This document shows, piece by piece, positions 1 through 10,152 of a stretch of DNA of 50,654 nt (position 1 is its first letter; the number at the start of each line of letters is the position of its first letter). Under the pieces are notes generated by a model. That model was not told the origin of the DNA. It made no database searches and saw nothing but the letters and a program-made list of their open reading frames with translations. This stretch comes from a virus (lineage: Duplodnaviria; Caudoviricetes). A program made the translations under genes and the position numbers. The stretch is taken from positions 1-50,654 of the IMG/VR virus record IMGVR_UViG_3300016665_000418, one strand, 5' to 3'.

Positions 1-2
1 AT

Positions 3-98
3 GACAATAACAATCTTCTTGGAGTAGCAAAGCTTTCACGCCCAGTTCTTAAAGATTCCGAAAGAGATATTACTTTCAAAGTAAGACTTGATTTCTGA
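3..98 (+). CDS. 3' end of virion structural protein (partial)
   Basis: Reads DNNNLLGVAKLSRPVLKDSERDITFKVRLDF*, paralogous to the C-terminus of the next ORF (DDNLNVIGRTSIAQPVLKRSGDKFMFKIKMDY). Confidence 0.75.
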   Translation, partial: DNNNLLGVAKLSRPVLKDSERDITFKVRLDF

Positions 99-120
99 TA
101 CATCAGATTGAACATATGCT

Positions 121-2475
121 ATGTCAATACAACGAGTTACACCAGATGATTTTGAGACGTTTACAATTGAAACCAATCCAAGAAGAACTTATATAAGCTC
201 TTCGACAGATGGAGTAACCGGTTCGCTTTATCTTTTCGCTCGGAGATCGACATATCAAAAAGAACCTTATCCTTTAAACTACTATTCTAAATCATACTTT
301 TCAGACTATGATTTAAATCAGTTGCGTTTAGATGTAGTAACAGCTTCAACAGGTTCTACAAATATTGTCTCTCAACTTACAGCTTATTTAACTGGTGTTC
401 AAGATACCCCAATATCTCCTAAGCAGTATCAGCGTTTAGAAATTATTAGATTTGAGCCGCCATTCAGATTTAATTCGAATACTTTACGTAAGCTTGTAAC
501 TATTAATACGTTGATGCCGTATTACAGAACTTCATATCCGGCGGCACATTACAACTATACAAATTACCATAGTTTAAACTTTTTCTCTTCTAGTAATACA
601 CCAACTGGAAGCGTTTTACTATATCCAAATCCTATAAGCTCTACAAATACCAACTATAGAGATTATAGCTACTCTGGCTCATTCTCTTTTGATTTTTGGA
701 TTAAACCAAAACCAGTATATACAAACGAGACAACATACAAGCCGGGAACATTAATGCATATGTCTAGCGCATTTGCTATAAGCTTGTGTTCTGGTTCAGC
801 TCGAGATATCAATGGAAAAATTAGTGGTTTTAAATTATTACTACAACTATCTGGAGCAGCGGACATAGCCCCAGATTTGGCTATAGCATCATCACAGTAT
901 ACTTTCTTTTCAGATGATAATGCATTAGAAGTTAATAAATGGCATCACGTGACAATACGTTGGGGCGGACCAAATTATAATTTCGGTTCTGGTTCATTTA
1001 TTGTTAACTCTGTTAATAAAGGTAATTTTGCCATAACAACTAGTCTAAGTGCAGGTGCTGCTTCAATGAAGCAAGATATCTTATGCATTGGAAACTATTA
1101 CCAAGGAACGAATACAGGTCCATCTAATCAAACATCTTGGTTTTTTTCTACAAATCCATCATTGAAATATGGAATATACGAATTAACATCTTCGACTGAC
1201 AGAGATGTTCCTACTGCTTATAGTTTTTCATATCCTTTAAAAGCAGAAATACATGAAATCAAACTATATGACAATTATCTGAATACTAATGAAATAAAAG
1301 CATTAGATACTTTTGGGGTAACTTCAATAACAAGTAACCTTAAATTCTACTTGCCACCGTTCTTTACTCAAGAGTCTCCATACAGACAAGTGATTAATGA
1401 AGACGGTGGAGTATTAGTAACTCCATTAGTTGCTGAAGATGGAACTACTATAGATCCATTTGATATCAAAATGGCATTTGGTTGTGGTGGACATTATATT
1501 AATCTGGAAAATTACGTAAGAGATTTTGTAACCGGAAGATATCCTAGATTAATGAATCTTACAGCTTCGACGATTACAACAAATTTGACTACTGCAACAG
1601 AAGCAAATACTTTGTTATATTCAACCGGTTCTAATATCAAGAGATTATATACCATATTGCCAAATGATAATGGCATTTTCTTCCCAAATTACGGATTATT
1701 ATCCGGATTAAGTGGAAGTAAATTTACGGATGATTTAGGAAACAATGTCCCTGGTTCAATATCTCTTAGAAATATGTTAACCGGTTCTTTCGCAGGTCAA
1801 GTAATACAAGATGAAAATCAAAACAATTCAATATCAGTAGAATTGCAAGGACAAAATAATCCGGATAACTTCTGGAAAACTGGAACGAATATTGGAACCG
1901 ACTTCGCAATATATGATAGAACACGTGATAATACCAGTAATCAAGTTGTATTCTTTGATATCAGTAACATGTATTATGGTCTATCAATTAAGCCTGGAAC
2001 CTTTGTTTTATCTGATGCAAATATAAGTGGTTCTATAAGTGGTAGCATTTCTATGACTATTAAGGATGATGGATACGGAAATCTATACCGTGCCGATGCC
2101 TCCGGAACACACGCAACGTGGTCTTCTATAGGAAATATATTTTATAATGAAGGTATTGCTCTTATAAAGATACCACAACTTTATTTCTTTGGTCTTAATC
2201 AATTCCAATGTGAGTTCCAAGGAATTCAAAACATTCATGTATTATCCGTTAACGGTTATGCAAGACCAATGCAAGAAATAAGTTCGAGTTATGCACAATT
2301 CCAGAATGGAGAACTTGATGATCTTGCTAATGAAACGGATAAGAAATATGTTTTCATATCTAATGTCCTTTTGCATGACGATAATTTGAATGTTATCGGC
2401 AGAACATCAATCGCCCAACCGGTTCTTAAACGCTCCGGCGATAAGTTTATGTTTAAGATCAAAATGGACTATTGA
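121..2475 (+). CDS. Virion structural (baseplate/tail) protein with LamG/concanavalin A-like domain
   Basis: Ser/Thr/Asn-rich; FSFDFWIKP, KWHHVTIRW and IHEIKLYD are LamG-type motifs. Confidence 0.65.
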   Translation: MSIQRVTPDDFETFTIETNPRRTYISSSTDGVTGSLYLFARRSTYQKEPYPLNYYSKSYFSDYDLNQLRLDVVTASTGSTNIVSQLTAYLTGVQDTPISPKQYQRLEIIRFEPPFRFNSNTLRKLVTINTLMPYYRTSYPAAHYNYTNYHSLNFFSSSNTPTGSVLLYPNPISSTNTNYRDYSYSGSFSFDFWIKPKPVYTNETTYKPGTLMHMSSAFAISLCSGSARDINGKISGFKLLLQLSGAADIAPDLAIASSQYTFFSDDNALEVNKWHHVTIRWGGPNYNFGSGSFIVNSVNKGNFAITTSLSAGAASMKQDILCIGNYYQGTNTGPSNQTSWFFSTNPSLKYGIYELTSSTDRDVPTAYSFSYPLKAEIHEIKLYDNYLNTNEIKALDTFGVTSITSNLKFYLPPFFTQESPYRQVINEDGGVLVTPLVAEDGTTIDPFDIKMAFGCGGHYINLENYVRDFVTGRYPRLMNLTASTITTNLTTATEANTLLYSTGSNIKRLYTILPNDNGIFFPNYGLLSGLSGSKFTDDLGNNVPGSISLRNMLTGSFAGQVIQDENQNNSISVELQGQNNPDNFWKTGTNIGTDFAIYDRTRDNTSNQVVFFDISNMYYGLSIKPGTFVLSDANISGSISGSISMTIKDDGYGNLYRADASGTHATWSSIGNIFYNEGIALIKIPQLYFFGLNQFQCEFQGIQNIHVLSVNGYARPMQEISSSYAQFQNGELDDLANETDKKYVFISNVLLHDDNLNVIGRTSIAQPVLKRSGDKFMFKIKMDY

Positions 2476-2496
2476 GTTAGTGTAATCTATAATGTC

Positions 2497-2526
2497 TATA
2501 ACCTCTTCTAATTGGTAGGGTTCCAC
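2497..2526 (-). repeat. Dispersed 29-30 bp intergenic motif, copy 1
   Basis: Reverse complement GTGGAACCCTACCAATTAGAAGAGGTTATA matches 32935-32964 at 28/30. Confidence 0.85.
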
Positions 2527-2545
2527 TTATCATCTAATTGGTATT

Positions 2546-3034
2546 ATGACAAAAGCCAAGACAACAAAAACTCCAACAAAACGTAAGAGAAGAACCCGTA
2601 AAGGCAAGAGAAAATCTCATTATATTACCGGGACACATATCTCTCCAAAATCTCCCCATCCCATTCAATATCGTTCCTCTTGGGAGCTTTATGTCTGCAA
2701 ACATTTTGATGAAGATCCACAGATTTTATCTTACGATTATGAGCCATATAAAATAGCTTATACATCAAATGCAAGGTCTGGTAGGGTTAGATTTTATATA
2801 CCGGATTTTGTTGTAAACTACGTTGATGGTTCTCAGAAGATTATAGAAGTCAAAAGAAACTCTGCGTTAAATAATATTACGGTAGTCAAGAAAGCAGAGG
2901 CAGCAAGAAGATGGTGCGAAAGTCTAACAAAAAAGGGAAGGTTGACGACATACGAGTTCTGGACGGAGACAATAATATTCCCGATCCGAGCACGGTTCCT
3001 CCTTCTGGAGAAGCAACAAGCGAAAAAAGAGTAA
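2546..3034 (+). CDS. T4 gp4-like head completion nuclease (TnsA-like PD-(D/E)XK)
   Basis: YRSSWE...YEP...RFYIPDF...IIEVK motifs. Confidence 0.8.
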   Translation: MTKAKTTKTPTKRKRRTRKGKRKSHYITGTHISPKSPHPIQYRSSWELYVCKHFDEDPQILSYDYEPYKIAYTSNARSGRVRFYIPDFVVNYVDGSQKIIEVKRNSALNNITVVKKAEAARRWCESLTKKGRLTTYEFWTETIIFPIRARFLLLEKQQAKKE

Positions 3035-3576
3035 TCGATTTAGGTCTTGATATCTCTACTTCAGTTGTTGGTATATGTGCATTAGACAGCAAGACAGGTC
3101 AGCTTGTTAAGCTTACTCATAAGAAGCTTGTTAAGTTTGATGACGAATATGAGAAGGCAGATAACTTCCTTACAGATTGGGTAGAGCCAAACTGGAAAGT
3201 TAGAAGGATTTATATTGAAGAAGCCGCCAAAAAATTTACACCAGGTTTTTCATCTGCCGACACAATAATGACACTTGGACGTTTTAATGGTATCGTTTCT
3301 TATTTGGTTTATCAGTTATTCGGCGTTAAGCCTATTATGGTTAACGTTCGCTCTGCACGCTCTAAACTTAACATTAAAATAGATTATAAAGACAAGACTT
3401 CCTCTACTAAGGATAAAGTTTTATTAGCGGTAAGAACTTTAAATCCCAATTTTCCATGGATAATCCGTGAGGCAAAGACGGGTCAGTTTAAAGGGCAAAT
3501 GATATATGATAAGGTTAACGAAGATATGGCAGATTCGTGGGTGATCTGTCGTGGTGGTATGTTACTAAATCCTTGA
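2911..3576 (+). CDS. RuvC-like Holliday junction resolvase
   Basis: LGLDISTS, IYIEE and EDMADS acidic motifs; start uncertain because of a 124-nt overlap with the upstream gene. Confidence 0.8.
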   Translation: MVRKSNKKGKVDDIRVLDGDNNIPDPSTVPPSGEATSEKRVIDLGLDISTSVVGICALDSKTGQLVKLTHKKLVKFDDEYEKADNFLTDWVEPNWKVRRIYIEEAAKKFTPGFSSADTIMTLGRFNGIVSYLVYQLFGVKPIMVNVRSARSKLNIKIDYKDKTSSTKDKVLLAVRTLNPNFPWIIREAKTGQFKGQMIYDKVNEDMADSWVICRGGMLLNP

Positions 3577-3578
3577 TT

Positions 3579-4187
3579 ATGTCAGCAACAAAGAAAAACT
3601 CAAAGAACCGTGTAGAGAACGATTATTATCCAACCCCTGATTGGTGTGTTCATCGTTTATTGGATGATTTAAATCTACCTTCTGGTAAGTGGTTAGAACC
3701 TGCTGCTGGTGACGGCGCCGTTATACGAGCCGTAAACAAGTCCTATAAGCTCCCCCTCGCATGGACCGCCGCCGAGCTGCAAGATAAATTTAAAACCGAT
3801 TTAGAAGCCCTGGTGGACCCAAACAGAGTTCATATGGGAAGTTACTTTGAAGCGGGATTAAACAAAGAGTTTGATGTAGTTATTACTAACCCCCCTTTCT
3901 CAAAAGCATTAGAGTTTATAAAGAAATCAATAGAGTTGGAGCCTGAGTATGTGTGCATGTTATTACGACTTAACTTCATGGGTAGCGGTGAGCGGTCAGA
4001 TTTTCTCCGAAAACACACGCCAGATATCTATGTTCTACCAAATCGTCCGTCATTCAACGGTAAAGGAACTGATAGTATTGAGTACGCTTGGTTTGTTTGG
4101 AGAGCTAATAACTTGTATGGACGAACGGGATCGGCAACGATAAAAATATTAAAGGATACACCTAAAGAGCTACGAAAGAAGAAGTGA
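3579..4187 (+). CDS. Amino (probably N6-adenine) DNA methyltransferase
   Basis: DYYPTP, LEPAAGDG (motif I), ITNPPF (motif IV); start moved to ATG 3579. Confidence 0.85.
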   Translation: MSATKKNSKNRVENDYYPTPDWCVHRLLDDLNLPSGKWLEPAAGDGAVIRAVNKSYKLPLAWTAAELQDKFKTDLEALVDPNRVHMGSYFEAGLNKEFDVVITNPPFSKALEFIKKSIELEPEYVCMLLRLNFMGSGERSDFLRKHTPDIYVLPNRPSFNGKGTDSIEYAWFVWRANNLYGRTGSATIKILKDTPKELRKKK

Positions 4188-4188
4188 T

Positions 4189-5184
4189 ATGTATACGAGA
4201 GGTCAAGCTATTGAGTTTATAGAGAAAGTCTTCGGACAAGGCTCTCTATCAAACCAAAGTGCTAATATCTCTGTTGTTTGTCCGGTATGTCTTCAAAACA
4301 ATGGCTCATTTTATAATAAGCGTAAGCTTGCTATAAGAACTGATAACTTTGCCAATCATTGCTGGGTCTGCAACTATAAGTCCCGTAATATTGCGGATTT
4401 AATTCGTAGATTTCACCCCGGATATTTCTCTGAATATCTTACACGTTTCGTAGGAACCCAGCAGCTTAAAATTAGTGCCAATAATAAACCAATTGAAGCA
4501 GAGTTTAAGTTGCCAACCGGTTTCCAACTTCTTGCTCTTGGTAATAAAGATATAAAGATGGAAGTTAGTTACAGGGCGGCTGTAAACTATATTGCTGAAC
4601 GTTTTGGATTAAAAACACAAGAACTTGATCCGGCACATCTTTGGTATTGGAAGTTTGGAATATCTTTAGAAGATAGAGCTTTTGTTAATCGTGTTATTAT
4701 GCCGTCATTTACATCAGACGGTGATTTAAATTATTTTACTGGCAGGTCTGTAGTAGGAGCCAATCCAAAATATCTTAATCCTCAAGTTCATAGGGAAGAT
4801 ATTATCTTTAATGAGATCAATATTGATTGGAGAGAGCCATTAACAATTGTTGAGGGTCCATTTGATCTTATTAAGTGCAATACAAATGCTACCTGTTTGT
4901 TAGGTTCAGATTTAACAACAGATTATAAACTATTCTTAATGCTGGTTAAATACAAAACGCCGGTAATATTAGCATTAGATCCAGATGCAAAAGATAAAGC
5001 GTTAAAGATTGCTGACCTATTAAGCGAATTTGATATAACGGTTTCATTAATGGATATTCCTGCGCCTTATAAGGACGTAGGAGAGTTAACTCAAAGTCAG
5101 TTTAACTCCCTATTAGAAACTGCTACACCTTTTAGTAAGGATTACTTGCTTCGGGCAAAGATATCAAGAATACTAAAGGTATGA
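4189..5184 (+). CDS. DNA primase (T4 gp61/DnaG-like)
   Basis: Zn finger CPVC...HCWVC; TOPRIM IVEGPFD and LALDPD. Confidence 0.9.
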   Translation: MYTRGQAIEFIEKVFGQGSLSNQSANISVVCPVCLQNNGSFYNKRKLAIRTDNFANHCWVCNYKSRNIADLIRRFHPGYFSEYLTRFVGTQQLKISANNKPIEAEFKLPTGFQLLALGNKDIKMEVSYRAAVNYIAERFGLKTQELDPAHLWYWKFGISLEDRAFVNRVIMPSFTSDGDLNYFTGRSVVGANPKYLNPQVHREDIIFNEINIDWREPLTIVEGPFDLIKCNTNATCLLGSDLTTDYKLFLMLVKYKTPVILALDPDAKDKALKIADLLSEFDITVSLMDIPAPYKDVGELTQSQFNSLLETATPFSKDYLLRAKISRILKV

Positions 5185-5188
5185 GAGA

Positions 5189-8100
5189 ATGAAGATAGTT
5201 CAGATTAGCGATATACATTGGCGTGGTATTGCAAGGCATGATGAATACACAGAGAGCTTTGAAAGGCTTTTTGAAACGCTACGTCGCAGAGTAAAGCCAG
5301 ACCTTATCATCAATACCGGCGATACATTCCATACAAAGACCCAAGGTATTACGCCCGAGGTCATTGAGAAGCTTTCATGGATGTTTAGAGGGCTTGCTGA
5401 TATCGCTCCGACCATTACAATCCTTGGTAATCATGATGGTAATCTCACCAACTCTGATCGTCAGGATATTGTTTCGCCTATTCATGAAGCTATTAATCAC
5501 GCTGATGCTTACCTTTACAAAAAGTCTGGAACCTATTCCCTGCCAAGGGAAGTAAAGGGAGGTAATCGTTTTGCCCTTCATGTTTTCTCGCCATTTGATG
5601 AAGATGGTTGGAAGAACCTAAAGCCCATTCAAGGTAAGATTAATATTGCCCTATTCCATGGCTGCGTATCTGGTTCAAAGACCGATATGGAGTTCCGTCT
5701 TATTGATGGAGAAAAGGACGTTGCGTTCTTTACTGGAATGGATTTCGTTATGTTGGGCGATATCCATAAGCAACAGTTCCTTGCTTACCGTTTAGATAAG
5801 AAGGGAGCCACAAAGCCTTGGGTAGCATATCCCGGTTCTTTCATTCAGCAAAACTTTGGTGAAGCTGAAACAAAGGGTTTCCTTGTATGGGACATTAAGA
5901 ACGAGAAGGAATGGGACGTAGAGTTCCATGAGCATGAAAATAGAGCGCCATATGTTTCTGTTGATTGGGCAGGAACGGTTAACAGCACTCTACGTCATAT
6001 AGAAAAGACCCGTAAAGAGCGTGCATATATTCCAGGCACACGTTTCCGTATTGTAAGCAATCAGCCTATTCAGCAGGTTGAAGCCCGGCAGCTTCTTAAC
6101 GAGCTAAAGGAACACAAGGGCGCTTCTGAGGTTGTATTCAAATATGACCTTATCAATCGTATGGAAACGATTGAGACAGATGGACACCAAGTATTAAAGA
6201 CCAATCTACGTAATGATCCCGAGGCTCTGGTAAAGCTATATAAGGACTTTATAGAGGCACACAAGGAAAGCTACGTCCTATCAGAAGAACAGCTTAATGA
6301 GGCTTCTAACGTCGTTCGTAGCTATCTTACAAAGCTAAACACAGAAGACGTAGATAATGCGGTTCGTAATGTTTCGTGGAGCCTTAAGAAGCTTAAGTTT
6401 GACAATATCTTCCGTTATGGCGAAGGTAATGAGGTAAGCTTTGATGGATTGGAAGGTGTTATTGGTATCTTTGGTCCTAACAAGATTGGTAAGAGTTCTA
6501 TCATTGCGGCTATCATGTATGCCCTATTCAATACAACAGATAGAGGTCCGCTAAAGGGTGCTCATATCATTAACAAGAATAAGAAACACTGCTCCGCTGA
6601 ACTAACATTCTCCGTTGGAGGCGATGAATATCTTGTTAAGAGAGAGACAATCCGCAATAGCCCAAAGAAAGCTACAAAGAAGGATGATGATAAGACCGTA
6701 ACCAGCCTTAATCTTTATAAGATTGAGAGTGATGGAACTCTTACAGAGAAGAACTCTATCTCCCGTGATGAAACCGATAGAGAGATCCGTAAGCTTGTTG
6801 GACAGCCCCAGGATTTCCTTCTAACTGCTCTATCAAATCAGGGTGGTATCAATAAGTTTATTGAAGAAGGTGCTACCCAGAGAAAGGCTATTCTATCACG
6901 CTTCCTTGACCTTGAGCTTTTTGATAAGCTCAATGTTTATGCGAAGGATGATTATTCGGCGCTCAATGAAAAGACCAAGAAATATATTGGTTTTGATTGG
7001 GCATCTGCTCTCAAGCGTGGGCATCAGGAAGTTGAAGAGATTGAAAAGAAGATTTCTGACATTCAAACAAGCCAACAAGTTCATCTTCAAGAAAGAGACG
7101 AATTGCGTCTCTGGATAATGCAACACCAGAATACCATGCAGACAGTTTCTCTAACCCGTTATAACGAGTTAAAGAACGATATGGAAGCAAAGGAAAAGAC
7201 CCTTGCTTATCTTCTACGTCAAGAACAAGAACACGATCTAAATGTTTCTAATGTTAGAAATGAATTGGATAAAGTTCGTTCTGCTCGTTCAAAGCATGAT
7301 GTTAAGCTATTGCATGAAAAGCTTGAAAAGCTTGATCGTGTAAAGGGTGAACTATCGTCACTTAAGCAATCCTTTGTAAAGGAAACTGAAACATTGGATC
7401 AGCAGAAAAAGTCTGTAAAGAGACTTGAAACTGTTCCCTGTGGTGATAGCTTCCCTACCTGCCGTTTCATTAAGGATAGCCATTCAGATAAGAAGCTAAT
7501 GGCAGCACAAGAAAAGAAGGTTAATGAACTACAGGAGAGCATTAGCGATCTTAATGTTGTAGCCGAACTTCTTATTGAAGAAAAGATTGCCGAAACTCTT
7601 AAGATGGATGAACAGGCATCAAGACTTCAGTTTGAGTTAGAAACAAAACTCAATAAGATCGTCTCAGATAAGACAGTCCGTGAGAAAGAAATTGCTCTTG
7701 TTAAATCTTACCTTGAAAAGACAGAGGGCGAATATAAGAAGCTTAAGGATTTGCTTGCATCTTCTGAGAGAAAAGAATATGACACAAAGAAGTTGACCCT
7801 TGATGTTGTAGTAGAGCACATAGAAGCCAAGGATAGAGAAATGAGAGAGCTATTTGTTTCTCTTGGTGGCAAGAATGAAAAGCTTAAGCAACTAACAAAA
7901 GATCGCATTGAGTGCAAAGCGGATCTTGAAAAGATTAAAATCTATGAAACCGTCCAGCAAGCATTTTCCAAAAATGGTATTCCTGCAATGGTATTAAAAA
8001 CACAATTGCCAGCGATTAACATGGAATTGGCGAAAATATTGGACAATGTAGTAGATTTTAAGGTAAGTTTGGAAACTGATATATCTTCTAATGTAATGGA

Positions 8101-8416
8101 TGTATATATAGAGGATGGGCACTCAAGACGGATTATTGAGTTAGCTTCCGGAATGGAAAAGATGATATGTTCTCTTGCTTTGCGAGTTGCGCTTATTAAT
8201 CTTTCCAGTTTGTCCCGTCCAGATATTTTCATAATAGATGAAGGATTTGGAACATTAGATCAAGATAGTCTAACAAAATGCATGGATTTGTTAACTATGT
8301 TTAAATCATATTTCAAAACGATTATGGTTATAACACACGTAGATCCAATCAAAGAAGTAGCAGATAAGATTATAGACATTTACAATGATGGGTTAGAATC
8401 AAAAGTAGAAGCATGA
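5189..8416 (+). CDS. Mre11/Rad50 (SbcD-SbcC; gp47-gp46) fusion nuclease-ATPase
   Basis: N-terminal phosphoesterase motifs SDIH, TGD, GNHD, GDIH; then Walker A GPNKIGKS, coiled coil, signature ASGMEK, Walker B IIDEGFGTLD, ITH. Confidence 0.93.
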   Translation: MKIVQISDIHWRGIARHDEYTESFERLFETLRRRVKPDLIINTGDTFHTKTQGITPEVIEKLSWMFRGLADIAPTITILGNHDGNLTNSDRQDIVSPIHEAINHADAYLYKKSGTYSLPREVKGGNRFALHVFSPFDEDGWKNLKPIQGKINIALFHGCVSGSKTDMEFRLIDGEKDVAFFTGMDFVMLGDIHKQQFLAYRLDKKGATKPWVAYPGSFIQQNFGEAETKGFLVWDIKNEKEWDVEFHEHENRAPYVSVDWAGTVNSTLRHIEKTRKERAYIPGTRFRIVSNQPIQQVEARQLLNELKEHKGASEVVFKYDLINRMETIETDGHQVLKTNLRNDPEALVKLYKDFIEAHKESYVLSEEQLNEASNVVRSYLTKLNTEDVDNAVRNVSWSLKKLKFDNIFRYGEGNEVSFDGLEGVIGIFGPNKIGKSSIIAAIMYALFNTTDRGPLKGAHIINKNKKHCSAELTFSVGGDEYLVKRETIRNSPKKATKKDDDKTVTSLNLYKIESDGTLTEKNSISRDETDREIRKLVGQPQDFLLTALSNQGGINKFIEEGATQRKAILSRFLDLELFDKLNVYAKDDYSALNEKTKKYIGFDWASALKRGHQEVEEIEKKISDIQTSQQVHLQERDELRLWIMQHQNTMQTVSLTRYNELKNDMEAKEKTLAYLLRQEQEHDLNVSNVRNELDKVRSARSKHDVKLLHEKLEKLDRVKGELSSLKQSFVKETETLDQQKKSVKRLETVPCGDSFPTCRFIKDSHSDKKLMAAQEKKVNELQESISDLNVVAELLIEEKIAETLKMDEQASRLQFELETKLNKIVSDKTVREKEIALVKSYLEKTEGEYKKLKDLLASSERKEYDTKKLTLDVVVEHIEAKDREMRELFVSLGGKNEKLKQLTKDRIECKADLEKIKIYETVQQAFSKNGIPAMVLKTQLPAINMELAKILDNVVDFKVSLETDISSNVMDVYIEDGHSRRIIELASGMEKMICSLALRVALINLSSLSRPDIFIIDEGFGTLDQDSLTKCMDLLTMFKSYFKTIMVITHVDPIKEVADKIIDIYNDGLESKVEA

Positions 8417-9057
8417 TTAATATAACAAATACAAAAAAGACACAAGTCCGCATTCCTACAAAGTCTCGTGGACGTAGCGTAACAATCCCTCCTCCACCAG
8501 TTGATGAAGAGTTGGAGGACGTTGTTCCGTCAGAGCCACCACCTCCGCCACCTCCAACCGATTTGGAAAAGCTTAAGCGTAAGACTTCCAAGAAGGTAGA
8601 AGAGGAAGAAGAGGAACAGGAAGCCGCAGCCGAAGAAGAGGAAGAAGGCGCTGAACATGTAATATTTTCAGACCGTTTCCTTCTTCATTGCGAAGGAATG
8701 GAACCATTCCGAGTAAAGAATGTAGAGCTTCCAAAGATTATTTTTGCTCAACACAAGAATAGTCAATCCATCAAGGAAAAGAGCACAATCATGGTATATT
8801 TCTATACCATGCCCCATGAAAAGGGAGAAGCCCTTTATCCTTGGAAGAAGTTGTTTGAAGCCGCCAAAAAGAATGCAATCAAGTTCTCTATTAAGTGGCT
8901 AAATGAAAAGGGCAAGATAGAATCTGAATGGACGTTTGGTGGTGCTCGTATTCAAGGTGTGGATCTTGGAAATGCAGCATACGAAAAGCCAGAACCAAGT
9001 GAAGGCGCTATTGAGTTCTCATATCAAACAATCAACGTTGACGGAATTGAATTCTGA
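8413..9057 (+). CDS. Tail-tube (gp19)-like domain protein with Pro-rich/acidic N-terminus
   Basis: C-terminal DRFLL...VKNVELP...LNEKGKIESEWTFGGARI..VDLG...Y...EFSY pattern resembles gp19 family. Confidence 0.55.
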   Translation: MINITNTKKTQVRIPTKSRGRSVTIPPPPVDEELEDVVPSEPPPPPPPTDLEKLKRKTSKKVEEEEEEQEAAAEEEEEGAEHVIFSDRFLLHCEGMEPFRVKNVELPKIIFAQHKNSQSIKEKSTIMVYFYTMPHEKGEALYPWKKLFEAAKKNAIKFSIKWLNEKGKIESEWTFGGARIQGVDLGNAAYEKPEPSEGAIEFSYQTINVDGIEF

Positions 9058-9093
9058 ACCTAAAACCAATAACCTGTAACAAACGATAGTAAA

Positions 9094-9414
9094 ATGAACA
9101 AGAACAGTAAGATGAATAAGAACCGTAATCAGAATCGTAACTACAATCAGCGTCGTGTTAGCCCAACAGACCGTGCTCTCGAGCTTCTTGGCGTATACCA
9201 GGATACTCTATGTATGGGATACAGCGAAGAGACGTGGACACAGGCTGCTCGCATTCTAAATGAACTTAGTATGCATGTTGACCTTGACACTCATCGTGAG
9301 TTGGGTGCTCTAATGACAGAAGCGTATACGGATGCAAGCATTCAGAATACAATTCTTGGTTGTGAGCGTGTAGCCCTAAATCTCCAGAAGACACAAACAA
9401 GAACAAATCGCTGA
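9094..9414 (+). CDS. Hypothetical protein
   Basis: 106-aa ORF in operon context, followed by a terminator. Confidence 0.75.
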   Translation: MNKNSKMNKNRNQNRNYNQRRVSPTDRALELLGVYQDTLCMGYSEETWTQAARILNELSMHVDLDTHRELGALMTEAYTDASIQNTILGCERVALNLQKTQTRTNR

Positions 9415-9437
9415 TTAACAAAAACAAGTTAGAATTC

Positions 9438-9470
9438 AAGACCCAAGGGATATAATGTCTCTTGGGTTTT
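9438..9470 (+). terminator. Intrinsic terminator
   Basis: AAGACCCAAGGGAT/GTCTCTTGGGTTTT hairpin ending in a T-run. Confidence 0.65.
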
Positions 9471-9476
9471 CCGTTT

Positions 9477-9809
9477 ATGAAACAAAGAAGAAAAGCTGGT
9501 CAAGATAAACTTGTTAAAGACAAATGTGAGATATGTGGCTTTGATAAATCCGCCGCATTGAATCTCCATCATATCATTCCTCAATGTGATCCTAGATGCA
9601 CTAATGACAATAGCAATCTTGCTGTAGTATGTCATTCCTGTCATGATTTAATTCACGCTGGGGAAATAACGGTCATAGGAGTGTATAAGACTACCGCCGG
9701 TAGAAAGATGATGTGGTTCCGTGATGGAGAAGAACCACCATTAGAAAAAGAGTTTTGGTTAGTCAAAGAAAATCCTATGGTTGTTATGAGGGGAAACAAA
9801 AAGGTCTAA
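9477..9809 (+). CDS. HNH endonuclease
   Basis: CEICG...LHHIIP...NDNSNLAVVCHSCH; start moved to ATG 9477. Confidence 0.88.
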   Translation: MKQRRKAGQDKLVKDKCEICGFDKSAALNLHHIIPQCDPRCTNDNSNLAVVCHSCHDLIHAGEITVIGVYKTTAGRKMMWFRDGEEPPLEKEFWLVKENPMVVMRGNKKV

Positions 9810-9827
9810 TCTATTCATAATAACTTC

Positions 9828-10121
9828 ATGGAAAAAAAGATAGAAAGTTTACATGACGGCAAGATTGTAGTTGTTAAGCCGATAGACCAAAGCAATATAG
9901 TTCCATTATTTTGTCAGCTTTGTTGTTATCCAATGAAGACTATTGAGGACAGCATATCCTATCGTAAGGTGGGAGTATGTTCTCATTGTGAAGGTCGTTG
10001 GACAAATGACAAGCGGGTAGATTTGAAGGGAAATATGTTTCCGGACAAGAATTGGGAAGAATGGGCGGAATATATAGATACAAGAAGAATAAGTGCTCGT
10101 TCTCCAATAAGTTTCCGTTGA
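9828..10121 (+). CDS. Hypothetical Zn-finger protein
   Basis: CQLC...CSHC. Confidence 0.7.
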   Translation: MEKKIESLHDGKIVVVKPIDQSNIVPLFCQLCCYPMKTIEDSISYRKVGVCSHCEGRWTNDKRVDLKGNMFPDKNWEEWAEYIDTRRISARSPISFR

Positions 10122-10152
10122 AAGGGCTCTAATTAGCAAAAGAGGCAAAAAT

